Assembly: GCA_038236695.1 (NCBI GenBank)
Contig: JBBRZM010000003.1
Location: 42,476 to 106,475 of the forward strand
Reading direction: 5' to 3'
Length of the DNA: 64,000 bases
DNA from: Acidimicrobiia bacterium
Lineage (GTDB): Bacteria > Actinomycetota > Acidimicrobiia > IMCC26256 > JBBRZM01
Below the pieces are notes generated by a model. It worked only from the letters and a program-made list of their open reading frames with translations, made no database searches and had not been told where the DNA came from. The position numbers and the translations under genes are program-made. Shown in pieces: positions 48,093-57,690 of this stretch; the stretch's first letter is position 1; the number at the start of each line of letters is the position of its first letter.

Positions 48093-51000
48093 GAGGACGT
48101 AGATGTTACAGCCGGAGCCGGCTCAGCCGGAATCAGGGTCTCCAAGAGATCGACGAGCGCCCCGGCCGGATCGTCCGGCGCGTGCAGCGGCACCACGACC
48201 TCGCCGTCCTTGGCGACCGCCTTGGCGGCCAAGCGACGCAAGCGCACCTTCTGCGACTCCTTGAGCGTCAGACCGACGAGCCGCGCTGTACCGCGCTGCA
48301 CGGTGACACTCCGAAGTCCGAGCCGGACGCACGCGGCGCGCAAGCGCGCGACCGCGAGCAGCGCCTCCGCGGTGGGCGGTATCGGACCGTAGCGATCGAG
48401 CCATTCGTCGCGGATGTCGTTGACATCGGACGGCGCGGTCACCGCGGCGAGGCGCCGGTACGCCTCCATGCGCACGTCGTCGCGCGCGACGTACTCGCGC
48501 GGCAGGTTGGCGTCGACCGGCACGTCGATGGTCACTTCCACTGGCGCGGCCGGCACCTCGCCGGTGAGCTCACCGACGGCTTCAGTGACCATCTGGCAGT
48601 AGAGGTCGAAACCGACGGCCGCGATGTGACCCGACTGCTCGCCGCCGAGCAAGTTGCCCGCACCGCGGATCTCGAGGTCGCGCATCGCGATCTTGAATCC
48701 CGATCCGAGGTCGGTGAACTCGCCGATCGTCTTCAGTCGCTCGTACGCCTCCTCGGTGAGCACACGGTCCCGTGGGTGCAACAAATACGCGTACGCGCGC
48801 TGGCCGCGTCGGCCGACCCGGCCGCGCAATTGATAGAGCTGGGCGAGGCCGAGCAGGTCGGAACGGTCGACAACCATCGTGTTGACGCTCGGCATGTCGA
48901 GACCGCTTTCGATGATCGTCGTGCACACGAGCACGTCGGTCTCGCGCTCCACGAAGTCGAGCACCACCCGCTCCAACTTGCCCTCGTCCATCTGGCCGTG
49001 CGCGACCGCAACGCGCGCGTCGGGGACCAATTCCCGCACGTCGGCCGCGATGTGCTCGATGTCGCGCACGCGATTGTGCACGTAGAACACCTGGCCTTCG
49101 CGCAACAACTCGCGTCGGATCGCCTCCGACACCGCACGCTCGTCGTACTCGCCCACGTAGGTGAGAATCGGTTGACGATCTTCGGGCGGCGTGTTCACGA
49201 GCGACAAGTCCCGGATGCCGGTGAGCGACATCTCGAGCGTCCGGGGAATCGGTGTCGCGGTGAGTATGAGCACGTCGACCGACGCGCGTAGCGCCTTGAT
49301 CTTCTCCTTGTGCTGCACACCGAAGCGCTGCTCCTCGTCGATGACGAGCAAACCGAGGTCCTTCGGCCGCACGTCGGACGACAGCAGCCGGTGGGTGCCG
49401 ATCACCACGTCGACGGTGCCGTCGACCACGCCGGCGGCGACCTTCGACTGCTCCGCCGGGCTGAGAAATCGAGACAGCACCTCGACCCGGACCGGGTAAT
49501 TGGCGAAGCGCTCACGGAACGTCTCGCCGTGCTGGTTCGCGAGCAAGGTGGTGGGCACGAGGATCACGACCTGCTTGCCGTCCTGCACCGCTTTGAACGC
49601 GGCGCGCACCGCGATCTCGGTCTTGCCATAGCCGACATCGCCACACACGAGCCGGTCCATGGGGAGCGGCCGCTCCATGTCGGCCTTGACCTCATTGATC
49701 GCCCGGAGTTGATCCGGCGTCTCCTCGTAGGGAAATACCCCCTCGATCTCGCGCTGCCACGGCGTGTCGGGTGAGAACGCGAACCCGGACGTGGCAAGCC
49801 GTTTGCGGTACAGCACGACGAGTTCCTGTGCGATCTCGCGTACCGCCTTGCGCACGCGCGCCCGAGTGCGCTCCCAGTCGGTGCCGCCCATGCGACTGAG
49901 CGTCGGCGTGTCGCCCCCGGTGTAGCGGCGCACGGTGCCGACCTGATCGGTGGGCACGTAGAGCTTGTCGCCGGCCTTGTATTCGAGCAGCAGGTAGTCG
50001 CGCTCGACCCCGCCCAGCGAGCGGTTGACCATGCCGGTGTACCTGCCGACGCCGTGCTGATGGTGCACCACGTAGTCGCCGGCCTCGAGCGCGTCGTAGA
50101 AATCGGCGCCGCGCCGCGCACCACGCGGCCGGCGGTGGACGCGTCGCCGGCCCGTGAGATCAGCTTCGGCGATCAGCGCGAGCTTCGCCGACGGAATCAC
50201 GACACCGCGTTCGAGCGGCGCGACAACGAGCTCCATCGAGCCCGGCGCGATGCCCTCGCCGGCGAGCACTTCGTGCAGGCGGTCGCGCGAGCCGGTACCT
50301 TCCGCCGCCAGCAGCACCCGGTAACGATCGGCCCGCAAGCCATTGAGTCGCGCGGCCAAGCGTTCGACGTCGCCGACGACCGGATCGAACGCCGTGGCCG
50401 CCAGCCGCGGCGTGCCCGGACCCTCAGGCGCGTTGAGCACCGACGCGGCGCCCGCCTTTGTATGCGAGAGCAGCCGATCGAACGGCAACGACAGACGCGG
50501 GCGTGCGGTGTCGTCGCGCGCGCCCCACGTCGTCGCCAAGGTCGACGCGAGGGACGCCTCCTCGTCGAGCAGCTCCTGCGCCCGGTCGCGCATGCGCTTC
50601 GGCTCGAGGAGCAGCACGAGCGCCTCCGCCGGCAGCAGATCGGACAACAGGTGCTCCGACTCACAGAGCCACGGCAGCCACGACTCCATCCCGTCGAACG
50701 TCTGGCCCTCCGACAGTCGCTCCCACTGCTCCCGACCCCATGGCTCCGTGGCGACGAGCGCAGCCGCGCGCCGACGCACGTCGACGGTGGGCAGCAGCTC
50801 CCGCGCCGGAAACACGCGGAGCTCCTCGACGTCGTCAGTGGAACGCTGATCGGCGACCGAGAACGCGCTGACGCGCTCGACCTCGTCGCCCCAGAGATCG
50901 ACGCGCACCGGATGGTCGGCCGTCGACGGGTACACGTCGACGATCGACCCGCGCACCGCGAGCTCGCCGCGCGCTTCCACCTGATACTCGCGCCGGTACC

Positions 51001-51490
51001 CCCCGCCGACGAGCCGTTCAACGAGGTCGTCGCGGTCAACCGGTTGGGCCGCGCGCACGACAATCGGCTCGACGTCTTCGACGTGCGGGCCGAGGCGCTG
51101 CACCAGCGCGCGTACTGGAGCAACGAGCACGGTCGGAAGCGCCTCGCCGCCGACGCGCAGGCGCCACATCACCCGGAGGCGCTTCCCCATCGTCTCGAGC
51201 GACGGCGAGACCCGTTCGAACGGCAGCGTCTCCCACGCGGGGAAGTGATCGACGTGCTCGGGGCCGACGAACTGGCCGAGATCGTGCACGAGGCGTTCCG
51301 CATCCACGCCCGTCGGCACCGCGACGAGGATCGGACGCCGCGTCGTGACCCCCGCAAGTGCGGCGATGAAGAGCGCCCGCGCCGCGTCGGGCACCGCGAC
51401 CGCCGACTCGCGGTTGATGACGGCGCGCAACGACGGCTCCTGCGCAAGGAGCGCCGGGAGGTCGCTGAGCGGCGGTGCAGTCGGATTCAT
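48089..51490 (-). CDS. mfd: Transcription-repair coupling factor Mfd
   Basis: 1133-aa track ORF. RNAP-interacting domain and superfamily-2 helicase motifs (GDVGYGKTE, DEEQRFG, TATPIPRT), plus the TRG motif region. Confidence 0.95.
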   Translation of the reverse strand: MNPTAPPLSDLPALLAQEPSLRAVINRESAVAVPDAARALFIAALAGVTTRRPILVAVPTGVDAERLVHDLGQFVGPEHVDHFPAWETLPFERVSPSLETMGKRLRVMWRLRVGGEALPTVLVAPVRALVQRLGPHVEDVEPIVVRAAQPVDRDDLVERLVGGGYRREYQVEARGELAVRGSIVDVYPSTADHPVRVDLWGDEVERVSAFSVADQRSTDDVEELRVFPARELLPTVDVRRRAAALVATEPWGREQWERLSEGQTFDGMESWLPWLCESEHLLSDLLPAEALVLLLEPKRMRDRAQELLDEEASLASTLATTWGARDDTARPRLSLPFDRLLSHTKAGAASVLNAPEGPGTPRLAATAFDPVVGDVERLAARLNGLRADRYRVLLAAEGTGSRDRLHEVLAGEGIAPGSMELVVAPLERGVVIPSAKLALIAEADLTGRRRVHRRPRGARRGADFYDALEAGDYVVHHQHGVGRYTGMVNRSLGGVERDYLLLEYKAGDKLYVPTDQVGTVRRYTGGDTPTLSRMGGTDWERTRARVRKAVREIAQELVVLYRKRLATSGFAFSPDTPWQREIEGVFPYEETPDQLRAINEVKADMERPLPMDRLVCGDVGYGKTEIAVRAAFKAVQDGKQVVILVPTTLLANQHGETFRERFANYPVRVEVLSRFLSPAEQSKVAAGVVDGTVDVVIGTHRLLSSDVRPKDLGLLVIDEEQRFGVQHKEKIKALRASVDVLILTATPIPRTLEMSLTGIRDLSLVNTPPEDRQPILTYVGEYDERAVSEAIRRELLREGQVFYVHNRVRDIEHIAADVRELVPDARVAVAHGQMDEGKLERVVLDFVERETDVLVCTTIIESGLDMPSVNTMVVDRSDLLGLAQLYQLRGRVGRRGQRAYAYLLHPRDRVLTEEAYERLKTIGEFTDLGSGFKIAMRDLEIRGAGNLLGGEQSGHIAAVGFDLYCQMVTEAVGELTGEVPAAPVEVTIDVPVDANLPREYVARDDVRMEAYRRLAAVTAPSDVNDIRDEWLDRYGPIPPTAEALLAVARLRAACVRLGLRSVTVQRGTARLVGLTLKESQKVRLRRLAAKAVAKDGEVVVPLHAPDDPAGALVDLLETLIPAEPAPAVTSTSS

Positions 51491-51598
51491 GGTCCTCGAA
51501 GCGCGCGAACGAGCCCGGAATGCGGCCGCGCCCCGGGGTCAGACCCCCAAGAGTACCGACGCCGTTCCCGTTCGCAAGAGGTGAACGCGCGGCGAGGG

Positions 51599-52192
51599 TC
51601 AGTTGTACTGGTTCATCGCCGCGTCGATGCCCTGTGCGGCGATCAGCTCCACTGCGTCGGCGGCGTGCTGGACGGTGACGTCGATCTCGGCGCGCTCGGC
51701 CTTGGAGAACTTGCGCAGCACATGGTCGGCGCCCTTGTCCTTCGACACCGGCTTGCCGACACCGATCCGGACCCGCTGGAACGCATCGGAGTGCAGATGG
51801 GCGACGATCGAGCGCAGGCCGTTGTGTCCCGCGAGCCCGCCCCGCGACTTCACCTTCAGTGCCGCGACCGGCAGGTCGAGCTCGTCGTGCACGACCACCA
51901 ACTGGTCCGGCCGGACGCCATAGCGGCGCACGAGCAACGCCACCGGCAACCCGGAATCGTTCATGTACGTGAGCGGCACGGCCAGTGCCACCCGGGTGTC
52001 ACCGAGACGAATTTCCGTGGTGAGCGCCCGCTCCTTGCTCTTCTTCAGGCGCGCGCGATGCCGCGACGCGAGCAGCTCCACGACCTCCGCGCCGACGTTG
52101 TGGCGCATCCGCGCGTACTCGGCGCCCGGATTGCCGAGACCGACCACGAGCAGGTGGGCCGGCGTGCCGGTGCGCGGCCCGCGCCGCAGCAC
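51599..52192 (-). CDS. pth: Peptidyl-tRNA hydrolase
   Basis: 197-aa track ORF. LVVGLGNPGAEYARMRHNVG and GHNGLRS motifs. Confidence 0.9.
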   Translation of the reverse strand: MLRRGPRTGTPAHLLVVGLGNPGAEYARMRHNVGAEVVELLASRHRARLKKSKERALTTEIRLGDTRVALAVPLTYMNDSGLPVALLVRRYGVRPDQLVVVHDELDLPVAALKVKSRGGLAGHNGLRSIVAHLHSDAFQRVRIGVGKPVSKDKGADHVLRKFSKAERAEIDVTVQHAADAVELIAAQGIDAAMNQYN

Positions 52193-52195
52193 CGC

Positions 52196-52876
52196 TTACT
52201 CCTCGCGGGAGCCGGAACCGTCCTCGGACGCCTCCGCCGCCTCGCCGCCCTCGCCCTCGGCAACTTCGCCCGCTTCGCCCTCGAGCCCTTCCTCGCCTTC
52301 GGGTGGCACTTCCTCCTCGACGACACGAGGGGCAACGACTTGGACGACGAGCTCCTCTAACTCCTGGGTCGTCGTCACGCCCGACGGCAGCGACAGGTCG
52401 GAGACGTGCAGCTGGTCACCGATATCGAGCGCAGTCACATCGAGCTCGATCGCGACAGGAATGTCGGCCGGCTTCGCCTCGATGCTCAGCGTGAACACAA
52501 GCTGCTCGAGCACCCCGCCGTCCTTTACGCCGACCGACTCGCCGACAAGGTGCACCGCGACCTCGGCCTGCACCGCGACGTCGCGACGGATGCGGATGAA
52601 GTCGACGTGGATGAACTCACCCCGCGTGGGATGACGCTGGATCTGGCGAGCGAGCGTGAGGTGCTCCTTGCCGTCGAGCTTCAACGTGATGAGCGTGTTG
52701 ACGCCTGTCGCGCTGGTGAGGATGTGCGCGAGCTCACGCGCCAGCACGGTGACCGCGAGCGTGTCGGAGTCGAGGCCGTACACGACGGCGGGCACTTTGC
52801 CTTCGCGGCGGATCCGGCCCGCGGGACGGCTGCCTCGTTCGGTGCGCGGTTCGGCGAGAAGAATGTTGTCGGGCAT
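52196..52876 (-). CDS. rplY: 50S ribosomal protein L25 / general stress protein Ctc
   Basis: Internal ATG 52876. RIRREGKVPAVVYG N-terminus and acidic C-terminal tail. Confidence 0.85.
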   Translation of the reverse strand: MPDNILLAEPRTERGSRPAGRIRREGKVPAVVYGLDSDTLAVTVLARELAHILTSATGVNTLITLKLDGKEHLTLARQIQRHPTRGEFIHVDFIRIRRDVAVQAEVAVHLVGESVGVKDGGVLEQLVFTLSIEAKPADIPVAIELDVTALDIGDQLHVSDLSLPSGVTTTQELEELVVQVVAPRVVEEEVPPEGEEGLEGEAGEVAEGEGGEAAEASEDGSGSREE

Positions 52877-52978
52877 GGCGCGACGGCCTTTCACAACTGG
52901 TTGCTCGGAGGGTGCCATTGTGCCCGTCCGCCGGCCACCAGGCCAAATGCGGCCGAACCGGCGGCGCGCGCCGGCAGG

Positions 52979-53962
52979 TCAGACGTTGTCGCCGCGGAAG
53001 ATCTCGCTCACCGACGTGTCCTGGAAAACCGCGTCGAGCGCATCGGCGACGATCGGCGCGATCGACAGGATCGTGAGGTTGTCGAAGTGCTTCTCGGCCG
53101 GGATCGGCAACGAGTTGGTGAGGACGAGCTGGCGGATGGGCGCCGCGGTCAGGCGCTCGACCGCCGGGCCCGAAAGCACTCCGTGCGTCGCCGCCACCCA
53201 GACTTCTTTCGCGCCCCGGTCGATGAGCAGCTTCGCCGCGCTCGTGATCGTGCCCGCAGTGTCGATGATGTCATCGACGAGTACGCAGGTGCGATTCTCG
53301 ACGACACCGACCACGCCGATCGCCTCGGCGACATTATGGGTGCCCTTCGGCCGCCGCTTATGGATGAACGCGAGGTCGGATGCCACATCGGCCGCGGCCA
53401 GACAGTTGGAGAACCGGCCCGCGAGCTTGCCGCCGCCGGCGTCGGGAGAGACGACGGTCACGTCGCCCTCGATCTTCTCGGCGACGTACTCGGCGAGCAG
53501 CGGCACGGCCGTGAGGTGGTCGACAGGAAAATCGAAGAAGCCCTGGATCTGGCCGGTGTGCAGGTCGACCGTCACCATCCGGTCCGCGCCCGCAGCGGTG
53601 AAGACGTCGGCGAGCAGTCTGGCGGTGATCGGCTCGCGTCCTTCCGCTTTTCGATCCTGACGCGCGTAGCCGTAGAACGGACACACCGCGGTGATGCGCT
53701 TTGCCGACGCCCGCTTCGCGGCGTCGATCATGATCATCTGCTCCCAGATGCGGTCGTTGATCGGCTCGCAGTGGGTCTGGATCACGAACACGTCGGCACC
53801 ACGGATACTCTCGCCGTAGCGGCAGTAGATCTCGCCGTTCGCGAACGTCGACAGCACCACCTCGCCCAACGGCATCTTGAGACATTCGGCGATCTCGTTC
53901 GCGAGCGAGGCGTTGCCCCGCCCGCTGCAGAGCATGAGCCGCTTCTTGGTGACCAGCTCCAT
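52979..53962 (-). CDS. prs: Ribose-phosphate pyrophosphokinase
   Basis: Internal ATG 53962 (MELVTKKRLMLCSGRGNASLANEIA). YARQDRK and VLVDDIIDTAGT motifs. Confidence 0.9.
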   Translation of the reverse strand: MELVTKKRLMLCSGRGNASLANEIAECLKMPLGEVVLSTFANGEIYCRYGESIRGADVFVIQTHCEPINDRIWEQMIMIDAAKRASAKRITAVCPFYGYARQDRKAEGREPITARLLADVFTAAGADRMVTVDLHTGQIQGFFDFPVDHLTAVPLLAEYVAEKIEGDVTVVSPDAGGGKLAGRFSNCLAAADVASDLAFIHKRRPKGTHNVAEAIGVVGVVENRTCVLVDDIIDTAGTITSAAKLLIDRGAKEVWVAATHGVLSGPAVERLTAAPIRQLVLTNSLPIPAEKHFDNLTILSIAPIVADALDAVFQDTSVSEIFRGDNV

Positions 53963-54130
53963 TACATGCGCTCCCTCGCTGCGGGCCGGGATACCCGGCC
54001 CGCGGGCGCTCGCTCGCCGGCGAGCTTCCTCCGCTCGCTCCGGTCGCCGCGCGGGTCCAACGTTTCGTGTGTCCTCATGACATCCCTTTGCTCGCTCCGC
54101 TCGCTTCTCCAAGAACGAAGGGCCGACCTG

Positions 54131-55576
54131 CTATTCCCCGCCTTCGTCGCGGGCTTCGGGTTCATCCTCGCGCTCGGGGGTCCAGTCTTTGTCGATCTCC
54201 GCCGGCACGCCCTTGGCCAGCGCGCCCGGCGGCACGTCGCTGATGACCACCGCGCCCGCGCCCGTGTACGCGCCGTCGCCCACATCGACGGGAGCGACGA
54301 GCACCGTGTTGGAACCGGTCTTCGCGCCCTTGCCGATCCTGGTGCGATGCTTGCGAGTGCCGTCGTAGTTCGCCGTGATCGTGCCCGCGCCGAGGTTGGC
54401 GTCCTCGCCAACCTCCGCGTCGCCCACGTACGCCAAATGGGGGATCTTCGCACCCTCATGCACGTCGGCGTTCTTGGTCTCGACGAAGCTGCCGATGTGC
54501 ACGCCATTGGCAAGACACGTGCCCGGCCGCAGGTGCGAGTACGGGCCAACGCTCACGTCGTCACCCAGCTCGGCTTCGGTGGCGACGCTTTGACGGACCA
54601 CGCACCGCGCGCCGACGATCGTGTCGACGAGCCGTGAATCGGGCCCGATGACGGATCCGGCACCAATCACCGTGCGGCCCTCGAGCATCGTGCCCGGCAG
54701 CAGGCGCGCGTCGGGCTCCAGCTCGACCGAAGCGTCGATGTACGTGCAGGCGGGATCGGATATCGACACGCCCTCGAGCATCCAACGATCGTTGATGCGC
54801 GCTCGGAGCTCCGCCTCGGCGAGGGCAAGCTGCGCGCGGTCGTTGACGTGGAGCGCGGCTGCGGGATCACCGGCCGGCACCGCGAGCACGAGGTGACCCG
54901 CTTGGCGCAACACCTCGACCGCGTCGGTCAGGTAGTACTCGCCCTGCGCGTTCTCAGGGCTGAGCCGGCGGAGCGCGGGTGCGAGCAGGCTGCGGCGGAA
55001 GCAGTAGATCGACGTATTGACCTCGGGCAGATCGAGCTCGTCGTCGGTGGCGTCGGTGCGCTCGACGATCCGGGTGACCCGTCCACTGTCGTCGCGTACG
55101 ACGCGGCCGAATCCGTACGTGGACGCGCTCAGCGCAGCGGTGAGGATCGTCGCGGCGGCCTCGCCGGCGCGGTGCTCCCGGGCGAGGTGGGCGAGCGTCT
55201 CGGGCCGCACGAGTGGTGCGTCGCCCGGCATCACCAGTAGATCGTCTTCACCGTCGATGTCGAACGCGCTCACGGTGAGCCCGACGCTCACTGCATCGCC
55301 GGTACCGCGTTGCACGCGCTGCTCGACGAACTCGATGGGCGTCTCCGTCGCGATCTGCTCTTGCAGGGTTTTCGTGACAGGTTCCGCGCCGTGACCGACG
55401 ACCACGACGATGCGCTCGAGTGGGAGGGCGAGGAGCGAGTCGATGACATGCAGGACCATCGGCCGGCCGCACAGACGGTGCAGCACCTTCGGAGTGCTCG
55501 AGCGCATCCGAGTGCCCTCGCCGGCTGCGAGCACGACGGCCGACAATGGTCGGTACCCGGGGCTGCCGTTACCCAT
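54131..55576 (-). CDS. glmU: Bifunctional UDP-N-acetylglucosamine pyrophosphorylase / GlcN-1-P acetyltransferase GlmU
   Basis: Internal ATG 55576 chosen so the gene does not run into the tRNA-Gln. LAAGEGTRMRS motif, left-handed beta-helix hexapeptide repeats, acidic tail. Confidence 0.9.
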   Translation of the reverse strand: MGNGSPGYRPLSAVVLAAGEGTRMRSSTPKVLHRLCGRPMVLHVIDSLLALPLERIVVVVGHGAEPVTKTLQEQIATETPIEFVEQRVQRGTGDAVSVGLTVSAFDIDGEDDLLVMPGDAPLVRPETLAHLAREHRAGEAAATILTAALSASTYGFGRVVRDDSGRVTRIVERTDATDDELDLPEVNTSIYCFRRSLLAPALRRLSPENAQGEYYLTDAVEVLRQAGHLVLAVPAGDPAAALHVNDRAQLALAEAELRARINDRWMLEGVSISDPACTYIDASVELEPDARLLPGTMLEGRTVIGAGSVIGPDSRLVDTIVGARCVVRQSVATEAELGDDVSVGPYSHLRPGTCLANGVHIGSFVETKNADVHEGAKIPHLAYVGDAEVGEDANLGAGTITANYDGTRKHRTRIGKGAKTGSNTVLVAPVDVGDGAYTGAGAVVISDVPPGALAKGVPAEIDKDWTPEREDEPEARDEGGE

Positions 55577-55628
55577 GGTCGTGCTCGCTCGACTGCATTG
55601 TCCTTCCTCCGTCAGTTGAGGCACGCAG

Positions 55629-55699
55629 CTCGGGGGCGAGGTTTCGAACCTCGACTTGGGACTCCAAAGGACCCCGTGCTGCCGTTACACCACCCCCGA
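55629..55699 (-). tRNA. tRNA-Gln (anticodon UUG)
   Basis: 71-nt cloverleaf UCGGGGGUGGUGUAACGGCAGCACGGGGUCCUUUGGAGUCCC... with U1-A70 first pair. Anticodon loop CUUUGGA, T-arm CGAGG-UUCGAAA-CCUCG. One U-U mismatch in the anticodon stem. Confidence 0.8.
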
Positions 55700-55801
55700 C
55701 TGACTCAACCGAGGGTACCGCCGGACGCGCTCGCGACGCGACCTCGATACGCGTTCGCAATGTGACAAGACGGGACACCCCGGCTACCGTCATTCGCAGT
55801 C

Positions 55802-55903
55802 ATGGGCTCCCTGATCAAAAAGCGCCGCAAGCGCATGCGCAAGAAGAAGCACAAGAAGCTGTTGAAGAAGACCCGCTGGCAGCGTCGTCAGCAGGGTCGC
55901 TAG
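55802..55903 (+). CDS. Small basic protein, actinobacterial 30S ribosomal protein bS22-like
   Basis: 33-codon ORF below the track cut-off: [33 protein letters not shown]. Near-identical in pattern to the mycobacterial bS22 I recall ([21 protein letters not shown]...). Confidence 0.75.
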   Translation: [33 protein letters not shown]

Positions 55904-55941
55904 CTCGACTGGCCGCCCCTCCGAGGGCGGCCGGTTCGCGT

Positions 55942-56829
55942 TCACGCTTCCGGGCGTTCGACGCGGACACCACGCGACACGGTCGCCGCCGGCACGACCG
56001 GCCACCCGAGGCTGGTGGTCACCTGATCGGCGAGAGCCGGCAAGGCACGCGCGTCGTCGACCGGCACCACGAGACTCGAGCCGCTCCCGGCCAGGAGTGC
56101 AGGACGGCCCGCGGCCCGCTCGACCCGTTCCCGAAACTCGCGGAGGTCCGGCTCCAGGCGCTCCGCCGCGGGCTCCAGGTCGTTGGCCAACTCGGCCTGC
56201 ACCCTTGCAATCGGCGGCGGCGCCGGCACTGGGCGGTCGGAGCGTGGGCCGCCGAGCTCGTCCCAAGCCTCGTACACCGCGGGCGTCGACAGCCGAAACG
56301 GCGGTACCGCGAGGAGCATCGGGATGCCGCGGGCCAGCTCGACGGGTTCGACGAGCTCGCCTCGACCTCGCATCCATGCCGCGCCGCCGTACAAGCAGAA
56401 CGGCACGTCCGAACCCAACGTCGCCGCGAGCTCGACCATCGACGCGTCGTCGACGTCGAGGTCGAGCAGTTGGCGGGTGACGACCAACGCGGCGGCCGCG
56501 TCGGCGGAGCCACCACCGAGACCGGCGCCCGCGGGGATCCGCTTGCGGAGCATCAGGTCGACCCCCGCGTCGCCACGATCGGCCGCGGCGAGGATCGCCT
56601 CCACGGCCCGGACGGCCAAATTGGCGTGGGTATCGGGGACGTCGGAATCGTCGGCCTCGAGCTCGAGGTGCACGCCGGGTCGATCACTGGCGCGGACGAC
56701 CAGCGTGTCGTGCGGCTGCCCGATCGACACGGTGAGGGCTTCGATGTCGTGGAAGCCGTCAGCCCGCCGGCCGAACACTCGCAGCGACAGCGTCAGTTTC
56801 GCGAACGCGGTCGCGCGCACAACCGTCAT
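55942..56829 (-). CDS. ispE: 4-(cytidine 5'-diphospho)-2-C-methyl-D-erythritol kinase
   Basis: 295-aa track ORF. AKLTLSLRV N-terminus and GHMP-kinase motif IPAGAGLGGGSADAAA. 4-nt overlap with rsmA. Confidence 0.85.
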   Translation of the reverse strand: MTVVRATAFAKLTLSLRVFGRRADGFHDIEALTVSIGQPHDTLVVRASDRPGVHLELEADDSDVPDTHANLAVRAVEAILAAADRGDAGVDLMLRKRIPAGAGLGGGSADAAAALVVTRQLLDLDVDDASMVELAATLGSDVPFCLYGGAAWMRGRGELVEPVELARGIPMLLAVPPFRLSTPAVYEAWDELGGPRSDRPVPAPPPIARVQAELANDLEPAAERLEPDLREFRERVERAAGRPALLAGSGSSLVVPVDDARALPALADQVTTSLGWPVVPAATVSRGVRVERPEA

Positions 56830-57662
56830 GGTGCGCTCGCGGCACGTGCGAGCGTCGCCCAGTCGTCGAGCGCCAGCGTCTCGGCGCGCGCCTTGGGATC
56901 GATGCCGGCTCGCGCGAGCACGTCGACGGTTGCGTCGCCGAGCGCGGCGCGCATCGACTGCCGCAACATCTTGCGCCGGTGCGCGAAGCCGGCCTGGATG
57001 AGCGCGAACAACTCGTCGCGAGAGGGCACGTCCACTGAAGGCGCGTCGCGTCGCACGAGCTCGACCAGCACAGACTCAACTTTAGGTTTCGGCACGAACA
57101 CGGTTGGCGGCACCGCGCCGACGACGCGCGAGGTCGCGAAGTACGCGAGCTTGACCGATACCGCACCATACGCGCGCGATCCCGGGGAAGCCGCAAGGCG
57201 TTCGCCGACTTCGCGTTGCACCATCACCAGAATGGTCTCCACCATCGGGGCGTGTTCGAGCAGCGTCATCACCACCGGTGTCGCGACGTTGTAGGGCAGA
57301 TTTGAGACGCACCGCCAACGGCCAGCGCCCAGGAGCGCTCGATAGTCGGTATGGAGCGCGTCCTCGACAACCACGAGCGCGTCGCCGTCCGCGGCGGAGA
57401 GCACGTGCTCGAGGACCGGCGCGAGGTGGCGATCCAACTCGAGTGCGATGACGCGCGCGCCGCTCTCGAGCAGCGCAAGGGTGAGCGAGCCGAGCCCCGG
57501 ACCGATCTCGAGCACACGGTCACCGGGACCCACTCCGGCCAGGCGGACAACGCGGCGTGCGGTATTGGGATCGGCGAGAAAGTGCTGGCCCAGCGCCCGG
57601 CTCGGACGCAGCCCGTGCTCGCTGAGCAGCGATCGGACGGTGGCCGGCGTGAGCAGCGCCAT
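56826..57662 (-). CDS. rsmA: 16S rRNA (adenine1518/1519-N6)-dimethyltransferase RsmA/KsgA
   Basis: 278-aa track ORF. LGQHFL, EIGPGLGSLT, SNLPYN motifs. Confidence 0.9.
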   Translation of the reverse strand: MALLTPATVRSLLSEHGLRPSRALGQHFLADPNTARRVVRLAGVGPGDRVLEIGPGLGSLTLALLESGARVIALELDRHLAPVLEHVLSAADGDALVVVEDALHTDYRALLGAGRWRCVSNLPYNVATPVVMTLLEHAPMVETILVMVQREVGERLAASPGSRAYGAVSVKLAYFATSRVVGAVPPTVFVPKPKVESVLVELVRRDAPSVDVPSRDELFALIQAGFAHRRKMLRQSMRAALGDATVDVLARAGIDPKARAETLALDDWATLARAASAP

Positions 57663-57690
57663 CGGCGACGACGCTACTGCGCGCCGTCGA

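Noticed and set aside
45879-48392. 837-aa plus-strand ORF
   Set aside because: Antisense to the mazG-fusion, PPIase and mfd genes, which have clear motifs. Its composition is low-complexity Arg/Gly/Asp-rich.
50054-54637. 768-aa and 743-aa plus-strand ORFs (50054-52360 and 52406-54637)
   Set aside because: Antisense to mfd, pth, rplY, prs and glmU. No motifs, and the typical high-GC shadow-ORF composition.
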